A stretch of DNA of 64,000 nucleotides, taken from the NCBI GenBank assembly GCA_027491485.1, contig JAOZGR010000002.1, positions 75,661 to 139,660 on the forward strand, in the 5' to 3' direction. The notes under the pieces were generated by a model. The model was given only the letters and a program-made list of their open reading frames with translations, had not been told where the DNA came from and searched no databases. Both the position numbers and the translations under genes were made by a program. Positions within the stretch are counted from its first letter, which is position 1. Each line of letters starts with the position of its first letter. This DNA is from Thermoproteota archaeon (GTDB lineage: Archaea; Korarchaeota; Korarchaeia; Korarchaeales; Korarchaeaceae). Positions 37,084-46,550 of this stretch are shown piece after piece.

Positions 37084-37968
37084 TTAGGGTTTTGGTATGT
37101 AAGTAAGTCTTGTCACATCTATTACTCCTGACAGAGGTCTCGCATTCTCCAGTATGTCAGAGTATACGGAAATACCAGTTAGTGGGCGTTCAGTGCCAAT
37201 GTATACATAAGCGTCATCAAGAACTACCTTATCGTACTTTATCCCCACTTCCTCCAATATCTCATCTATCGTCCTTAGATCATCCGTCGTCAATGCTATC
37301 TTCTGGGTATAGTCAAAGGTTATAGTTATGAAAGAGTCTCCGAGGTAAAGGTAAGGATAGCCCCAAGGCACTTTATTATAGATCCCCCATTTTATCCTAT
37401 TGTAAGTGAACGCATTTGGCTTCAGAGATGGGACATCTAATATTATGGATGACCTTATCTTGACTACTTTAACGCCATATTCCCCAGCAACTTTTCTACT
37501 AATCTCTTCAAGTTTAGAAGCCAGCTCTTTAAGGGTTTTTGCCTCTATAGGATATGTATATATCCTTATAACTGAAGGTGATAATGTCTTGAAGGTTATC
37601 TTTGTGGCAGCGATGTCCTCGACGTATGCATTAGGTCCACCAATTGTAACCCTTTTGCCATTGAGCCAACCAAATAACCTAGTCTCATACGACCATGTGA
37701 TGAGCACTTCATCATGGAATTCTGTTCTATTAGATGTCCATATACCATCTACTTTTGCTGTAACGATATATCCCATACCATACAGCCTGGAGAACTCCAA
37801 TGCTGCGTTATTGATATTCAGCCCCGAATATGCGGTGACCTCCTGAGGAGGGGGGACGAGATTCATGTAAATATAGTAGCCAGAAAATGCGACGATTAAT
37901 ATAAGCAAAAAAAGATCAAAGGCGTTTATGCCAAGGATTTTTCCTGATTTTCTATCTATAATTCTCAT
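37084..37968 (-). CDS. Hypothetical N-terminally anchored extracytoplasmic protein
   Basis: MRIIDRKSGKILGINAFD followed by one TM helix (DUF4330-like start), then a soluble domain with VTIGGP..Y.EDI. Confidence 0.7.
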   Translation of the reverse strand: MRIIDRKSGKILGINAFDLFLLILIVAFSGYYIYMNLVPPPQEVTAYSGLNINNAALEFSRLYGMGYIVTAKVDGIWTSNRTEFHDEVLITWSYETRLFGWLNGKRVTIGGPNAYVEDIAATKITFKTLSPSVIRIYTYPIEAKTLKELASKLEEISRKVAGEYGVKVVKIRSSIILDVPSLKPNAFTYNRIKWGIYNKVPWGYPYLYLGDSFITITFDYTQKIALTTDDLRTIDEILEEVGIKYDKVVLDDAYVYIGTERPLTGISVYSDILENARPLSGVIDVTRLTYIPKP

Positions 37969-37977
37969 CTAGTGCTT

Positions 37978-39639
37978 TTAGTCGAACTCAGATTTAAACT
38001 CTCCGCCGCCCTCTTCTTCTTCGCCGCCACCTTTCTCCTTACCCTTCTCCTCATAGGGCTTTGCAGCGATTATATCATCGGTCTTTATTATCAGGATGGC
38101 AGTCTCTGTAGCAGCAGCCACAGCGTTCTTCACTCCTCTGTATGTATCAACGACTCCTAGTTCTTTCATGTCAGCTACTCTGCTGTTTAGGGCATCTATA
38201 CCAATAGATACGTTGCCATTCTTGTGAGCATTCCTTATCTCAACTAGTGCATCAACGGAATCCATTCCGGAGTTCTCGGCCAGTATCCTAGGTATGCTCT
38301 CTAAGGCATTTGCGTAAGCTTCCATTGCCAGTTGCTCCTTTCCCTTGACCGTGTGAGCATAATCCTTAAGCCTTAGCGCTAGCTCAGCCTGTATGGATCC
38401 TCCGCCATAGAATACCTTTCCGTCCTCTACCACATTTCTTACGACATAGAGGGCATCCTTGAGGCCCCTCTCTGCCTCATCCAGTATAGTATCTGCTCCA
38501 GCCCTGAGGAGTATAGTTACAGCCTTCGGATTCTTGCACTCCTCTATGAATATCATCCTGTCATCTCCTATCTTCCTCTCCTCAACAAGACCGGCGTAGC
38601 CTAGCTCTTCCTCAGTGAGGTCGTCCAGGTTGTTTACTATCTTGCCTCCGGTAGCTCTTTCTATTCTCTGCATATCCTTCTCGCTTACCCTTCTAACAGC
38701 TAGTATACCATGTTTCGCTAGGAAGTGCTGAGCGACCTCATCTATACCCTTCTGGCAGAACACTACATTTGCTCCAGTTTTCGCGATCTTTTCAACTTTG
38801 TCCCTAAGAATTTTAGTTTCCTGCTCTATGAACTCCCTTAACTCCTGCGGTGAAGATACTTGGATCTCCAAATCTATCTCCGGCTTCTTTATCTCCAGTG
38901 ATAGGTTTAATATGGCTATTTTGGCATCCTTTATCCTCTTAGGCATATCCCTATGAACTACTTCTTTGTCCAGCACGACCCCTCTTATGAACTGGGTGTC
39001 GGAGAGACTGCCACCCTTCTTCTTGACTATCTTGACATTGTCTATATCTACTACCCTTTTGTCACCTTTCCTCTCTTCCACAGACTTTACAGCCTTAACA
39101 GCGATTTCAGCCAGATTCTTCTTCTCTGCGCTGATAAGCTTGCTGCTCATAGCTGTTTCAGCTACCTTCTTTAACCACTCCTCGTCGTCAGGATTCACCT
39201 CTATAGCTAGCTTTTCTAGCTCCTGTTCAACAAACCTTAGGGCCTTCTCATAGCCGTCTAGGATTATGGTCGGATGTATATCCTTCTGCAGGAGATTTTC
39301 CGCCTCAGTTAGTAGTTCGCCAGATAAGACAACGCTCGTGGTAGTGCCATCGCCTACTTCCTTATCTTGGGCCTTTGCTAGATTCACCATAAGTTTAGCT
39401 GCGGGATGGGCTACTTCCATCTCCTGCAGTATCGCAGCTCCGTCATTGCTGACAGTTATGTCTCCTAATGAGTCAACGATCATCTTATCCATACCCTTTG
39501 GACCTAGTGTTGTCTTAACAGCATCAGCTATGGCTCTTGCCGCCATTATGTTTATTCTTCTAGCTTCCTCACCTCTAGTTCTAGTGGTACCTTCCTTTAA
39601 TATTAGGACGGGTCTTCCTCCTATAGTCGCTAGAGCCAT
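37978..39639 (-). CDS. ths: Thermosome (group II chaperonin) subunit
   Basis: TTLGPKGMDKM, GDGTTT, FCQKGID, AVRRV; ATG 39639 with GGAGGTGA SD (ORF track 39645). Confidence 0.98.
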   Translation of the reverse strand: MALATIGGRPVLILKEGTTRTRGEEARRINIMAARAIADAVKTTLGPKGMDKMIVDSLGDITVSNDGAAILQEMEVAHPAAKLMVNLAKAQDKEVGDGTTTSVVLSGELLTEAENLLQKDIHPTIILDGYEKALRFVEQELEKLAIEVNPDDEEWLKKVAETAMSSKLISAEKKNLAEIAVKAVKSVEERKGDKRVVDIDNVKIVKKKGGSLSDTQFIRGVVLDKEVVHRDMPKRIKDAKIAILNLSLEIKKPEIDLEIQVSSPQELREFIEQETKILRDKVEKIAKTGANVVFCQKGIDEVAQHFLAKHGILAVRRVSEKDMQRIERATGGKIVNNLDDLTEEELGYAGLVEERKIGDDRMIFIEECKNPKAVTILLRAGADTILDEAERGLKDALYVVRNVVEDGKVFYGGGSIQAELALRLKDYAHTVKGKEQLAMEAYANALESIPRILAENSGMDSVDALVEIRNAHKNGNVSIGIDALNSRVADMKELGVVDTYRGVKNAVAAATETAILIIKTDDIIAAKPYEEKGKEKGGGEEEEGGGEFKSEFD

Positions 39640-39764
39640 TATCACTCACCTCCTCAGCTAAGTGTATTAACACCTACTAATTGCAGGCATATTTTCAACA
39701 CCATCATGAGTTATAAAAATTACCACATCCCTTACCAGAGATAGCTAGGTGGAGAGGTCCCAAG

Positions 39765-40580
39765 ATGGTGAGAATAGGCATCATAGGTGGCAGTGGAATA
39801 TATAGGCTGATAGAGGATCCTGTTGTTAGGAAAATAAGCACCCCCTTCGGGGAAGTAAAGGTATACACCGGAATGTTCGGAGGTGAGGAGGTCGCTTTTA
39901 TTCCTAGACACGGAGAGAAGCACGAAATTCCCCCATTTAAAGTTAATTACAAGGGGAATTTGTATGCATTTAACTTGTTAGAGGTAGAGAGGGTGCTAGC
40001 GACTAACGCAGTTGGTTCTATAAATCCAAAACTAGAGCCAGGTACGATCGTTCTTCCTCATGACCTAATAGATCTAACTAGATGCAGAAGTGGGACTTTT
40101 TACGATGGAAAGACTGTCTTACGCGTCAGGGGAAGAGAGGTTTGTGGTGTCATACATGTCTCGATGACCCCCAGTACGTACTGTCCTGAGTTAAGGAACT
40201 CCATTCTATCTGCAGCTAAGGAGATGGGGCTCCATGTAGTCAATGGTTCTGTTTACGTATGCGCGGAGGGAAATAGATTCGAGACTCCAGCGGAGATTAG
40301 GGCTATGTCGATCCTGGGAGGGGATATTGTGGGCATGACTGGATGTCCAGAAGTCGCTCTAGCGAGAGAGCTAGCTCTATGCTATGCTAGCATCTCTATC
40401 GTCACTAATTATGCAGCTGGAGTCAAAAGTAATGCTAAGCTCACCCATGAGGAGGTCATGGATATCTTCTCAAGGAGATTGGATGATCTCTCAGAGCTAC
40501 TAGCAAGAACAATCCCTAGAATACCTAAGGAGAGGTCCTGTCCATGTAAGGATGCCTTAGAAGAGTTCCTAAAAGACTAG
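39765..40580 (+). CDS. mtnP: MTAP-family purine nucleoside phosphorylase (probably 6-oxopurine/MTI-preferring)
   Basis: IGIIGGSG, TPFG, PRHG.KH.IPP, FETPAEI, VGMT, VTNYAAG, C-terminal CPC. Confidence 0.9.
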   Translation: MVRIGIIGGSGIYRLIEDPVVRKISTPFGEVKVYTGMFGGEEVAFIPRHGEKHEIPPFKVNYKGNLYAFNLLEVERVLATNAVGSINPKLEPGTIVLPHDLIDLTRCRSGTFYDGKTVLRVRGREVCGVIHVSMTPSTYCPELRNSILSAAKEMGLHVVNGSVYVCAEGNRFETPAEIRAMSILGGDIVGMTGCPEVALARELALCYASISIVTNYAAGVKSNAKLTHEEVMDIFSRRLDDLSELLARTIPRIPKERSCPCKDALEEFLKD

Positions 40581-40621
40581 GTCATCATGTAAAAATTTTA
40601 AACACATGAGGGGGAGGGGTG

Positions 40622-40674
40622 ACCTAATTAGGTTATATTTTTTAATTTTCTGTCCCATACCGGACATGGGACAG
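40622..40674 (+). promoter_or_regulatory. pgk operon promoter region with two palindromes flanking an AT-rich tract
   Basis: ACCTAATTAGGT (40622-40633), AT-rich tract, CTGTCCCAT-N7-ATGGGACAG (40650-40674). Confidence 0.5.
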
Positions 40675-40701
40675 GTACAGCTTTTTACAAGGTGATGGGA
40701 C

Positions 40702-41907
40702 TTGAGAGCTAGGAAGGTTCGTACATTAGACGATGTTTCCCTAGAGGGTAAAAAGGTCTTCCTACGAGCAGATATGAACGTCCCTATAGGGGAAAATGGT
40801 GAGATAATGAATATAGAGAAGATAAAGCAGGCTGCAAAGACATTGAAGGAATTAATAGAGAGAGGGGCCTCTGTTGTAGTTGGAACACATCAAGGAAGAC
40901 CTGGAAGTGCCGATTTCACCAGCACAGAGCCTCATTCCAAGGAACTATCAAAGGAGATTGGTGTAGAAGTTAAATATGTCGATGGTGTGATTTCTAGAGA
41001 GGTTAGAGAGGAAATAGCCTCCTTAGAAGAAGGTCAGGTACTGCTACTTGAGAACTTGAGGTTTATAGCCGAGGAGAACATAGAGGGTGATCCTAAGGAT
41101 CTGATTAAAACACATTTCGTCCAGAGATTAGCACCTTTATTTGAGGTTTATGTGAATGATGCTTTTCAAGCAGCCCATCGAAGTCAGCCCTCGCTTGTTG
41201 CCTTCCCATACTTAATGCCATCAGCCGCTGGTAGAAATATGCAGAGAATGATAGCCGAGATGTCTGAGATAGACGCGATAAAGGGTAGGAGGATCTTTAT
41301 CCTAGGAGGTGCCAAGGTCTCGGATAAGCTAAAAGTCATGGTACACGCGTTAAGAAATGGAAAAGCCGCAGAAGTATTGACAGGCGGCCTTCTAGGAGCA
41401 TTAATGGCGTTAGCAGCTGGAAACAAGTTGAATGGAGATTTAAGGAAGTTAAGAGACCTCGATCTACTTTTACCAGCTGCTAGAGAGATACTAAACATAG
41501 GGGTCGGTAGGGTATTTTATCCGGTGGACTTTGTGGTTAAGCTGAAAGATGGATCTTTGGAAGATGTACCTGTATATGCCGTCCCGGAAGGCGCGAAAAT
41601 AGTAGACATAGGCCACGGCACGATTGAAATATATAAGCAAAGGTTAAAGGGCGCAAATCTAGCGGTAGCCAATGGTCCAATGGGTATATTTGAAAGACCG
41701 GAGTCCCGAAAGGGGACTCTAGAGATTGTGAAGGCTATGGAGAAATATGCTAAAGAGTCTGTGCTATGTGGAGGGCATCTAAGTACTGCTGCTAATATGG
41801 TGGGTATAAGAGGTAGCAGGGTTTATACTGCCGGAGGGGCTGTACTGTATGGGTTAGCTGGATTACCATTACCAGCCGTTGATGCACTGAGGGAGAGCCG
41901 CAAATGA
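40702..41907 (+). CDS. pgk: Phosphoglycerate kinase
   Basis: RAD.NVP, HQGRP, LLENLRF, VNDAF.AAHR, LGGAKVSDK, NGPMG.FE. Confidence 0.95.
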   Translation: MRARKVRTLDDVSLEGKKVFLRADMNVPIGENGEIMNIEKIKQAAKTLKELIERGASVVVGTHQGRPGSADFTSTEPHSKELSKEIGVEVKYVDGVISREVREEIASLEEGQVLLLENLRFIAEENIEGDPKDLIKTHFVQRLAPLFEVYVNDAFQAAHRSQPSLVAFPYLMPSAAGRNMQRMIAEMSEIDAIKGRRIFILGGAKVSDKLKVMVHALRNGKAAEVLTGGLLGALMALAAGNKLNGDLRKLRDLDLLLPAAREILNIGVGRVFYPVDFVVKLKDGSLEDVPVYAVPEGAKIVDIGHGTIEIYKQRLKGANLAVANGPMGIFERPESRKGTLEIVKAMEKYAKESVLCGGHLSTAANMVGIRGSRVYTAGGAVLYGLAGLPLPAVDALRESRK

Positions 41908-42668
41908 TCAATCTGGGAATTCTGGGTCACAACCCCTACACTTTACTGATTTCTGAAGCTATAGCTAAACAACCTGACTTTAATGTCGTTGGTGCATATA
42001 GCCACGAGCCAACCCCTTTCTCAAAAGAGATATCTAGAAGGCTGAATATTTTTTGCAGTGAATCTGGACTCCCACTATTTAAGGAGAGAGGTATAAGGAT
42101 TGCGGGCCTCCTAGACGATTTCATAGATGAATCAGATGTATTTCTAGAGTATGAACCTAACACGTTGGCAGTAAAGATTTCCTTTGGGAGTGCTGGTTTC
42201 AGCGTTACACCCAAGGATGCAATGCGGGAGAGATTATCTCAAGAACTCCCCCTAGAGAAGATACATCTACGAGAAGTATCCGAGATTATAGCGTGTTGCC
42301 CACAGTTCAAGTTATTCAGGATGGAGCTTACCCTCTCGAGATCCCTCAGTAAGGAAGAGATAGTCGATTCCTTACTTAGCACTTCCCGCATGGGAGCGTT
42401 GTATGGGGGGAATGTGTCCCTCACAGACCTTTGCTTATTCCTAAGCACCTCAGTTAAGCCGTCTCTTTTCTCGTGTGTAATATTGCTGGACTCTATAGAA
42501 ATTAAGGGAGGCTCAAAGACATATATCGACTTCCTCTCACTTGTGGGCAAGTTATTGGTATTGCCTGAAGCAATAGATACCATAAGGGAATCTAACAAAG
42601 TATATAGGGATATATCTAAGGGGATTACCGATAAATCTCTAAATATTAGAAGCGGTCTAGTCACTTAA
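41904..42668 (+). CDS. Degenerate archaeal (type II) GAPDH homolog, predicted catalytically inactive
   Basis: Keeps A..KQPD..VVG, F.E.GI.IAG.LDD...ESD and C-terminal VLPE.ID.IR....S...TD.SL.I, but lacks GxGxIG and SCNT; 254 aa; ATGA overlap with pgk. Confidence 0.75.
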   Translation: MINLGILGHNPYTLLISEAIAKQPDFNVVGAYSHEPTPFSKEISRRLNIFCSESGLPLFKERGIRIAGLLDDFIDESDVFLEYEPNTLAVKISFGSAGFSVTPKDAMRERLSQELPLEKIHLREVSEIIACCPQFKLFRMELTLSRSLSKEEIVDSLLSTSRMGALYGGNVSLTDLCLFLSTSVKPSLFSCVILLDSIEIKGGSKTYIDFLSLVGKLLVLPEAIDTIRESNKVYRDISKGITDKSLNIRSGLVT

Positions 42669-42687
42669 CATCTGAAGAGGTGGTCTC

Positions 42688-44658
42688 TTGGGAGTGTCTA
42701 ATGAAACTATACAAAAAACAAGTCCCTTCACCCTCAGATCGATCTTCCTTTCCTTAGTATTTGGACTATTCATGTTATTTGCCCAGACTGTAATGGGAAG
42801 CGCTGCAGGATATAGATGGACAGGCGAGGCTGCCTTAGTAGTAATAGCGATTTCATATGCTCTTTCCTCCTTAAGTGGTAAACCCCTATCTGTCGGTGAG
42901 ATAGGTGTCATATTTGGATCAGTTGAAGTTATTACGGTATTGTTCATTGGATGGCAGAACATACTGCCATCTTGGGCTATGGCAGGTTTATCAACTAATT
43001 TCCCTCTAAAGGACATATTGCCAGATTTTCTAGTTCCTAAGAATGAGGAGGCCCTTAGAGCCCTTCTGTTAGGTGGAAAGATTAGCTGGCATGCATGGCT
43101 ATTCCCCTTATTTTACGTAATCCTCTTCGCTATAGTCCTCTCGATCTTCTCTTATCTTAACGTGATACCCTTTAGGAAATTCTACTTGAATAAGGAGAAG
43201 CTGATATTCCCGGTAGCTACCGTAAGTGCCAGCTTCTCAAAGCTGGTCAGGGAAAAAAGCAAGAACCTCAGATGGCTTTGGCTAGGTTTAATCACAGGGT
43301 TCTCTATGAGCTTGTTCCAGAAAGGTCACCTCCTCGAGGCCATATGGGAGGGATTTCCGTCAGCTGACCTTAGAGTAGACTTTACACCTATGCTACAAAA
43401 CCTCTTCCCTGGTGGAGCATTTGGCATGGATCAGGGAACGCAAATAACCCCTGATTTATTAGCTTGGGCCTATTTAATACCACTAGAAATACAAGTTTCC
43501 ACTTGGGTAACCGCAATAGTTGCTTATCTCTTGATACCACCTATCTTAGTTAGGACTGGTCTGCTGCCGTACGAGACAGGAAGAGATTTCTCATTTTATG
43601 TCTCCAATGCCTCAGTTAATGGACCCTTGCCTTGGTATCATATATCTACTGGACTTTACCTAGCTGTAGGTGTTATACCAATCATACTAGGCTACAAATA
43701 CATAAGAGAAACCTGGAGGAGCTGGGAAGATGAACCTATTTCCAGAAGGTGGTTAGTAATAGGATGGCTGTTAACTTTCATGGCTAGTACCTTGTTAATA
43801 GTCGTTCTAGGAGTTAGCCCCCTGATATCATTAGCCATAGTGACATTACAGCTATTATACTGGCATGGCTATATCTGGACGATCGGTATGGGTAACTGGA
43901 TAATCCCAGTAGATTTGGGGATAAGAGGGATTATAGATACCATATTCTTCAGCTCAGGATTATATGGGAGGAGTACCTCTGATGCATTCTTTTCGGGTGC
44001 TTCCTCAGCTATGATAACAGATACCGCCTCCGCACAGCCAACAGCCTCTGCTGAAGGGTTTAGATACTCTCGATCGGTTGGTATGAAGGTTAAAGAGATG
44101 TTCAGAGCACAGCTCATGGGGTTATTATTTGGTGCTATCGTTGGGGGAGTTCTACTGTTGGTCTCATTTCATGTATGGGGAGCGGCCAAGAAACCACTAG
44201 AAGTTTCCTCTCCTATATATCCTAACATGGGACTTTTAACTGTACTAGGAGATCTAGCGGGCTGGACACCACAATACTTCCTAGAGGGGCTTGCAATTGG
44301 TGCCTTAGTGTTCCTATTAAGAGGAGCTGTTCCTTGGCTTACCATAAGCGCCGTAGGCGTCCTATTTGGTTTATTAATCCCGCAGTATGCCATACTATAT
44401 ATGATATCCAGCTTAATGAGATATTTGACTAAGAGGTATGGGGGTGATGCTTTCTTCAAAAGTACATCGATACCATTCGTAGCTGGTTTTGCAATAGGTG
44501 GAGTATTAAATGTGATGGGAACTAGTTTGGTGATCTTATTGAAATCGAGTCCTCTTATGTTGCTCTCCGAACCGGTTGGTGTCTTAATAATTTTAATTGT
44601 ATTATTGCCATCTATCAAGGCCTATTTGTTCTCCTCTAGGGAGGTGGAATCTTCATGA
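42688..44658 (+). CDS. Large polytopic membrane protein, OPT-superfamily-like transporter
   Basis: About 16 hydrophobic segments, EKLIFP motif, C-terminal AGF..G. Confidence 0.6.
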   Translation: MGVSNETIQKTSPFTLRSIFLSLVFGLFMLFAQTVMGSAAGYRWTGEAALVVIAISYALSSLSGKPLSVGEIGVIFGSVEVITVLFIGWQNILPSWAMAGLSTNFPLKDILPDFLVPKNEEALRALLLGGKISWHAWLFPLFYVILFAIVLSIFSYLNVIPFRKFYLNKEKLIFPVATVSASFSKLVREKSKNLRWLWLGLITGFSMSLFQKGHLLEAIWEGFPSADLRVDFTPMLQNLFPGGAFGMDQGTQITPDLLAWAYLIPLEIQVSTWVTAIVAYLLIPPILVRTGLLPYETGRDFSFYVSNASVNGPLPWYHISTGLYLAVGVIPIILGYKYIRETWRSWEDEPISRRWLVIGWLLTFMASTLLIVVLGVSPLISLAIVTLQLLYWHGYIWTIGMGNWIIPVDLGIRGIIDTIFFSSGLYGRSTSDAFFSGASSAMITDTASAQPTASAEGFRYSRSVGMKVKEMFRAQLMGLLFGAIVGGVLLLVSFHVWGAAKKPLEVSSPIYPNMGLLTVLGDLAGWTPQYFLEGLAIGALVFLLRGAVPWLTISAVGVLFGLLIPQYAILYMISSLMRYLTKRYGGDAFFKSTSIPFVAGFAIGGVLNVMGTSLVILLKSSPLMLLSEPVGVLIILIVLLPSIKAYLFSSREVESS

Positions 44659-45995
44659 CACTAATATTCACGCCGCTAGGCATTAGAGGTATTTTCGGAA
44701 GTGGTATGGATGCAGAGGTTGCAATGAAAATCTCTAACCTGTTTGGACATCGCCTAGGGACCGGATCCATAGTCGTAGTTGGCAGGGATACTAGGCCTAG
44801 TGGAGAAGTACTAGAGCATGCAGTAATTTCTGGGTTAAACTCGGCAGGTGTTGATGTACTCAACGTAGGTATAGCACCCACGCCCACCATAGAGTGGGCC
44901 GTTGATAGATATCAGGCAGATGGCGGAGTTATCATATCTGCAAGTCACAACCCGCCCGAGTGGAATGCCCTTAAGTTGATAGGTAAAAGGGGCGTTCTCC
45001 TTCATCCTGACGAGATGGAAGAGCTCAGGCAGGAGTTCTTTTCAGGAAGGCTTAGGAATGTTCCATGGTCTGACATCGGAAGGGTTGAGTCGATAGACGT
45101 TATTGGAGAATATATAGAGGATTTACTGAATTTCGTAAATGCTGATAGGATTAGAGAAGCTGAGCTGAAGGCGGTATTGGATGTAAATGGTGGTGCTGGG
45201 GCATACGTGACCCCTTATATATTTGAGGCCTTGGGTGTGAAGGCCAATACCATAAACTCAGCACCAGGCATATTCGTCCGAGGCATGGAGCCCAAACCTG
45301 ATACATTAGAGGATTTATCGAAAATAGTTCCTGCCATTGGCTTCGATGTAGGATTTGCTCATGATGCCGATGCAGACAGATTAACAGTAGTAACCGAGTT
45401 GGGAGATGTAATGGCTGAGGATATTTCGCTGGCACTTGTCGTGGATTACATATTAGAGAGAAGGGGAGGAGGTACTTTAGTAGTTAATGTAGCTTCATCG
45501 AAGATGTTTGATGATATAGCTAGGAGGCGTGGGGCTAAGATTTATAGAACGCCTGTAGGGGAAGCTTATGTGGCTCATAGAATGATAGAATTGAACGCTA
45601 CCGTTGGGGGAGAAGGTAGCTGCGGTGGAGTTATACTTCCAGAATTTCACCTAGGTAGAGATGGCCCCCTAGCGGCTTCAATAATAATGGAGATAATCTC
45701 ATCTAGGGGAAGACCTATCAGTGAGATAGTATCTGAGCTGCCCAAGTACTATATGATCAGGGAGAACTTTAAGATAGAAAAAAGTTGGGATGAAATTAAA
45801 GAAGAGCTTTTGTCACTTGCTGAAAGAAGAGGAATGGAGCTAGATTTGACAGATGGCGTAAAAATGTCAGACATGGAAGGCTGGGCCCTCGTTAGGCCAT
45901 CAAAAACTGAGCCCAAGATAAGGGTATTGGTAGAATCGGATGATATTGAGATAGCTAGAGAGCTACTATCCGAGATAAGACGTGTGTTGGCATAG
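44655..45995 (+). CDS. Phosphohexomutase (GlmM or PMM/PGM family)
   Basis: GRDTR, SASHNP, DADADR, GGEGS.G, DGVK, RPS.TEP. Confidence 0.93.
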   Translation: MTLIFTPLGIRGIFGSGMDAEVAMKISNLFGHRLGTGSIVVVGRDTRPSGEVLEHAVISGLNSAGVDVLNVGIAPTPTIEWAVDRYQADGGVIISASHNPPEWNALKLIGKRGVLLHPDEMEELRQEFFSGRLRNVPWSDIGRVESIDVIGEYIEDLLNFVNADRIREAELKAVLDVNGGAGAYVTPYIFEALGVKANTINSAPGIFVRGMEPKPDTLEDLSKIVPAIGFDVGFAHDADADRLTVVTELGDVMAEDISLALVVDYILERRGGGTLVVNVASSKMFDDIARRRGAKIYRTPVGEAYVAHRMIELNATVGGEGSCGGVILPEFHLGRDGPLAASIIMEIISSRGRPISEIVSELPKYYMIRENFKIEKSWDEIKEELLSLAERRGMELDLTDGVKMSDMEGWALVRPSKTEPKIRVLVESDDIEIARELLSEIRRVLA

Positions 45996-46001
45996 ATATC
46001 C

Positions 46002-46454
46002 TCACTTTTTACCTTGAGAGTCCGGTAAGGCTATCTTCCCAGTTAACTTATCACAAAATCTCTTCCAAGCCGATCCAAGCCCGCTTAGAGATATTATAGC
46101 GAAAGACAGCGATGTCAGTGGGGCATCTGGCTCACCTACCAATAGAGCAGATATAAGACCTATCAAGGAGATGGCAACCCCTGAGATAATTGAGGCCTTG
46201 CGATATAGCTTACCCATGTCTTTCTCATTAATTTCCTCTAAAAATACGATTTGTCTAACATATCTATCTGAGAATATGAATAGGAATAGAGCCACCATCA
46301 TAAACACTATGCTTAACATTGCCCCGAGCTCCTTGTTAACAAATGTGAATCTTGGAGAGATTATCGCTACCAAGAACACGGTCAGAGCTGGGATTACTGC
46401 TATCCAGGCGGTATACTCCCGATATCTATCTATGTATTCACTGACTGGTTGCAT
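46002..46454 (-). CDS. Hypothetical four-TM membrane protein
   Basis: Fills the gap between the mutase and tuf; four hydrophobic segments; no recognised motif. Confidence 0.6.
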   Translation of the reverse strand: MQPVSEYIDRYREYTAWIAVIPALTVFLVAIISPRFTFVNKELGAMLSIVFMMVALFLFIFSDRYVRQIVFLEEINEKDMGKLYRKASIISGVAISLIGLISALLVGEPDAPLTSLSFAIISLSGLGSAWKRFCDKLTGKIALPDSQGKK

Positions 46455-46550
46455 AGCTAGCCCTCACACCGGGATAGTTTACGTTTAGTTTAAAAATGCG
46501 CACAGTGATGGGACGATAGAGGTAATCGTACCATAAGATAGGGTGATAAG

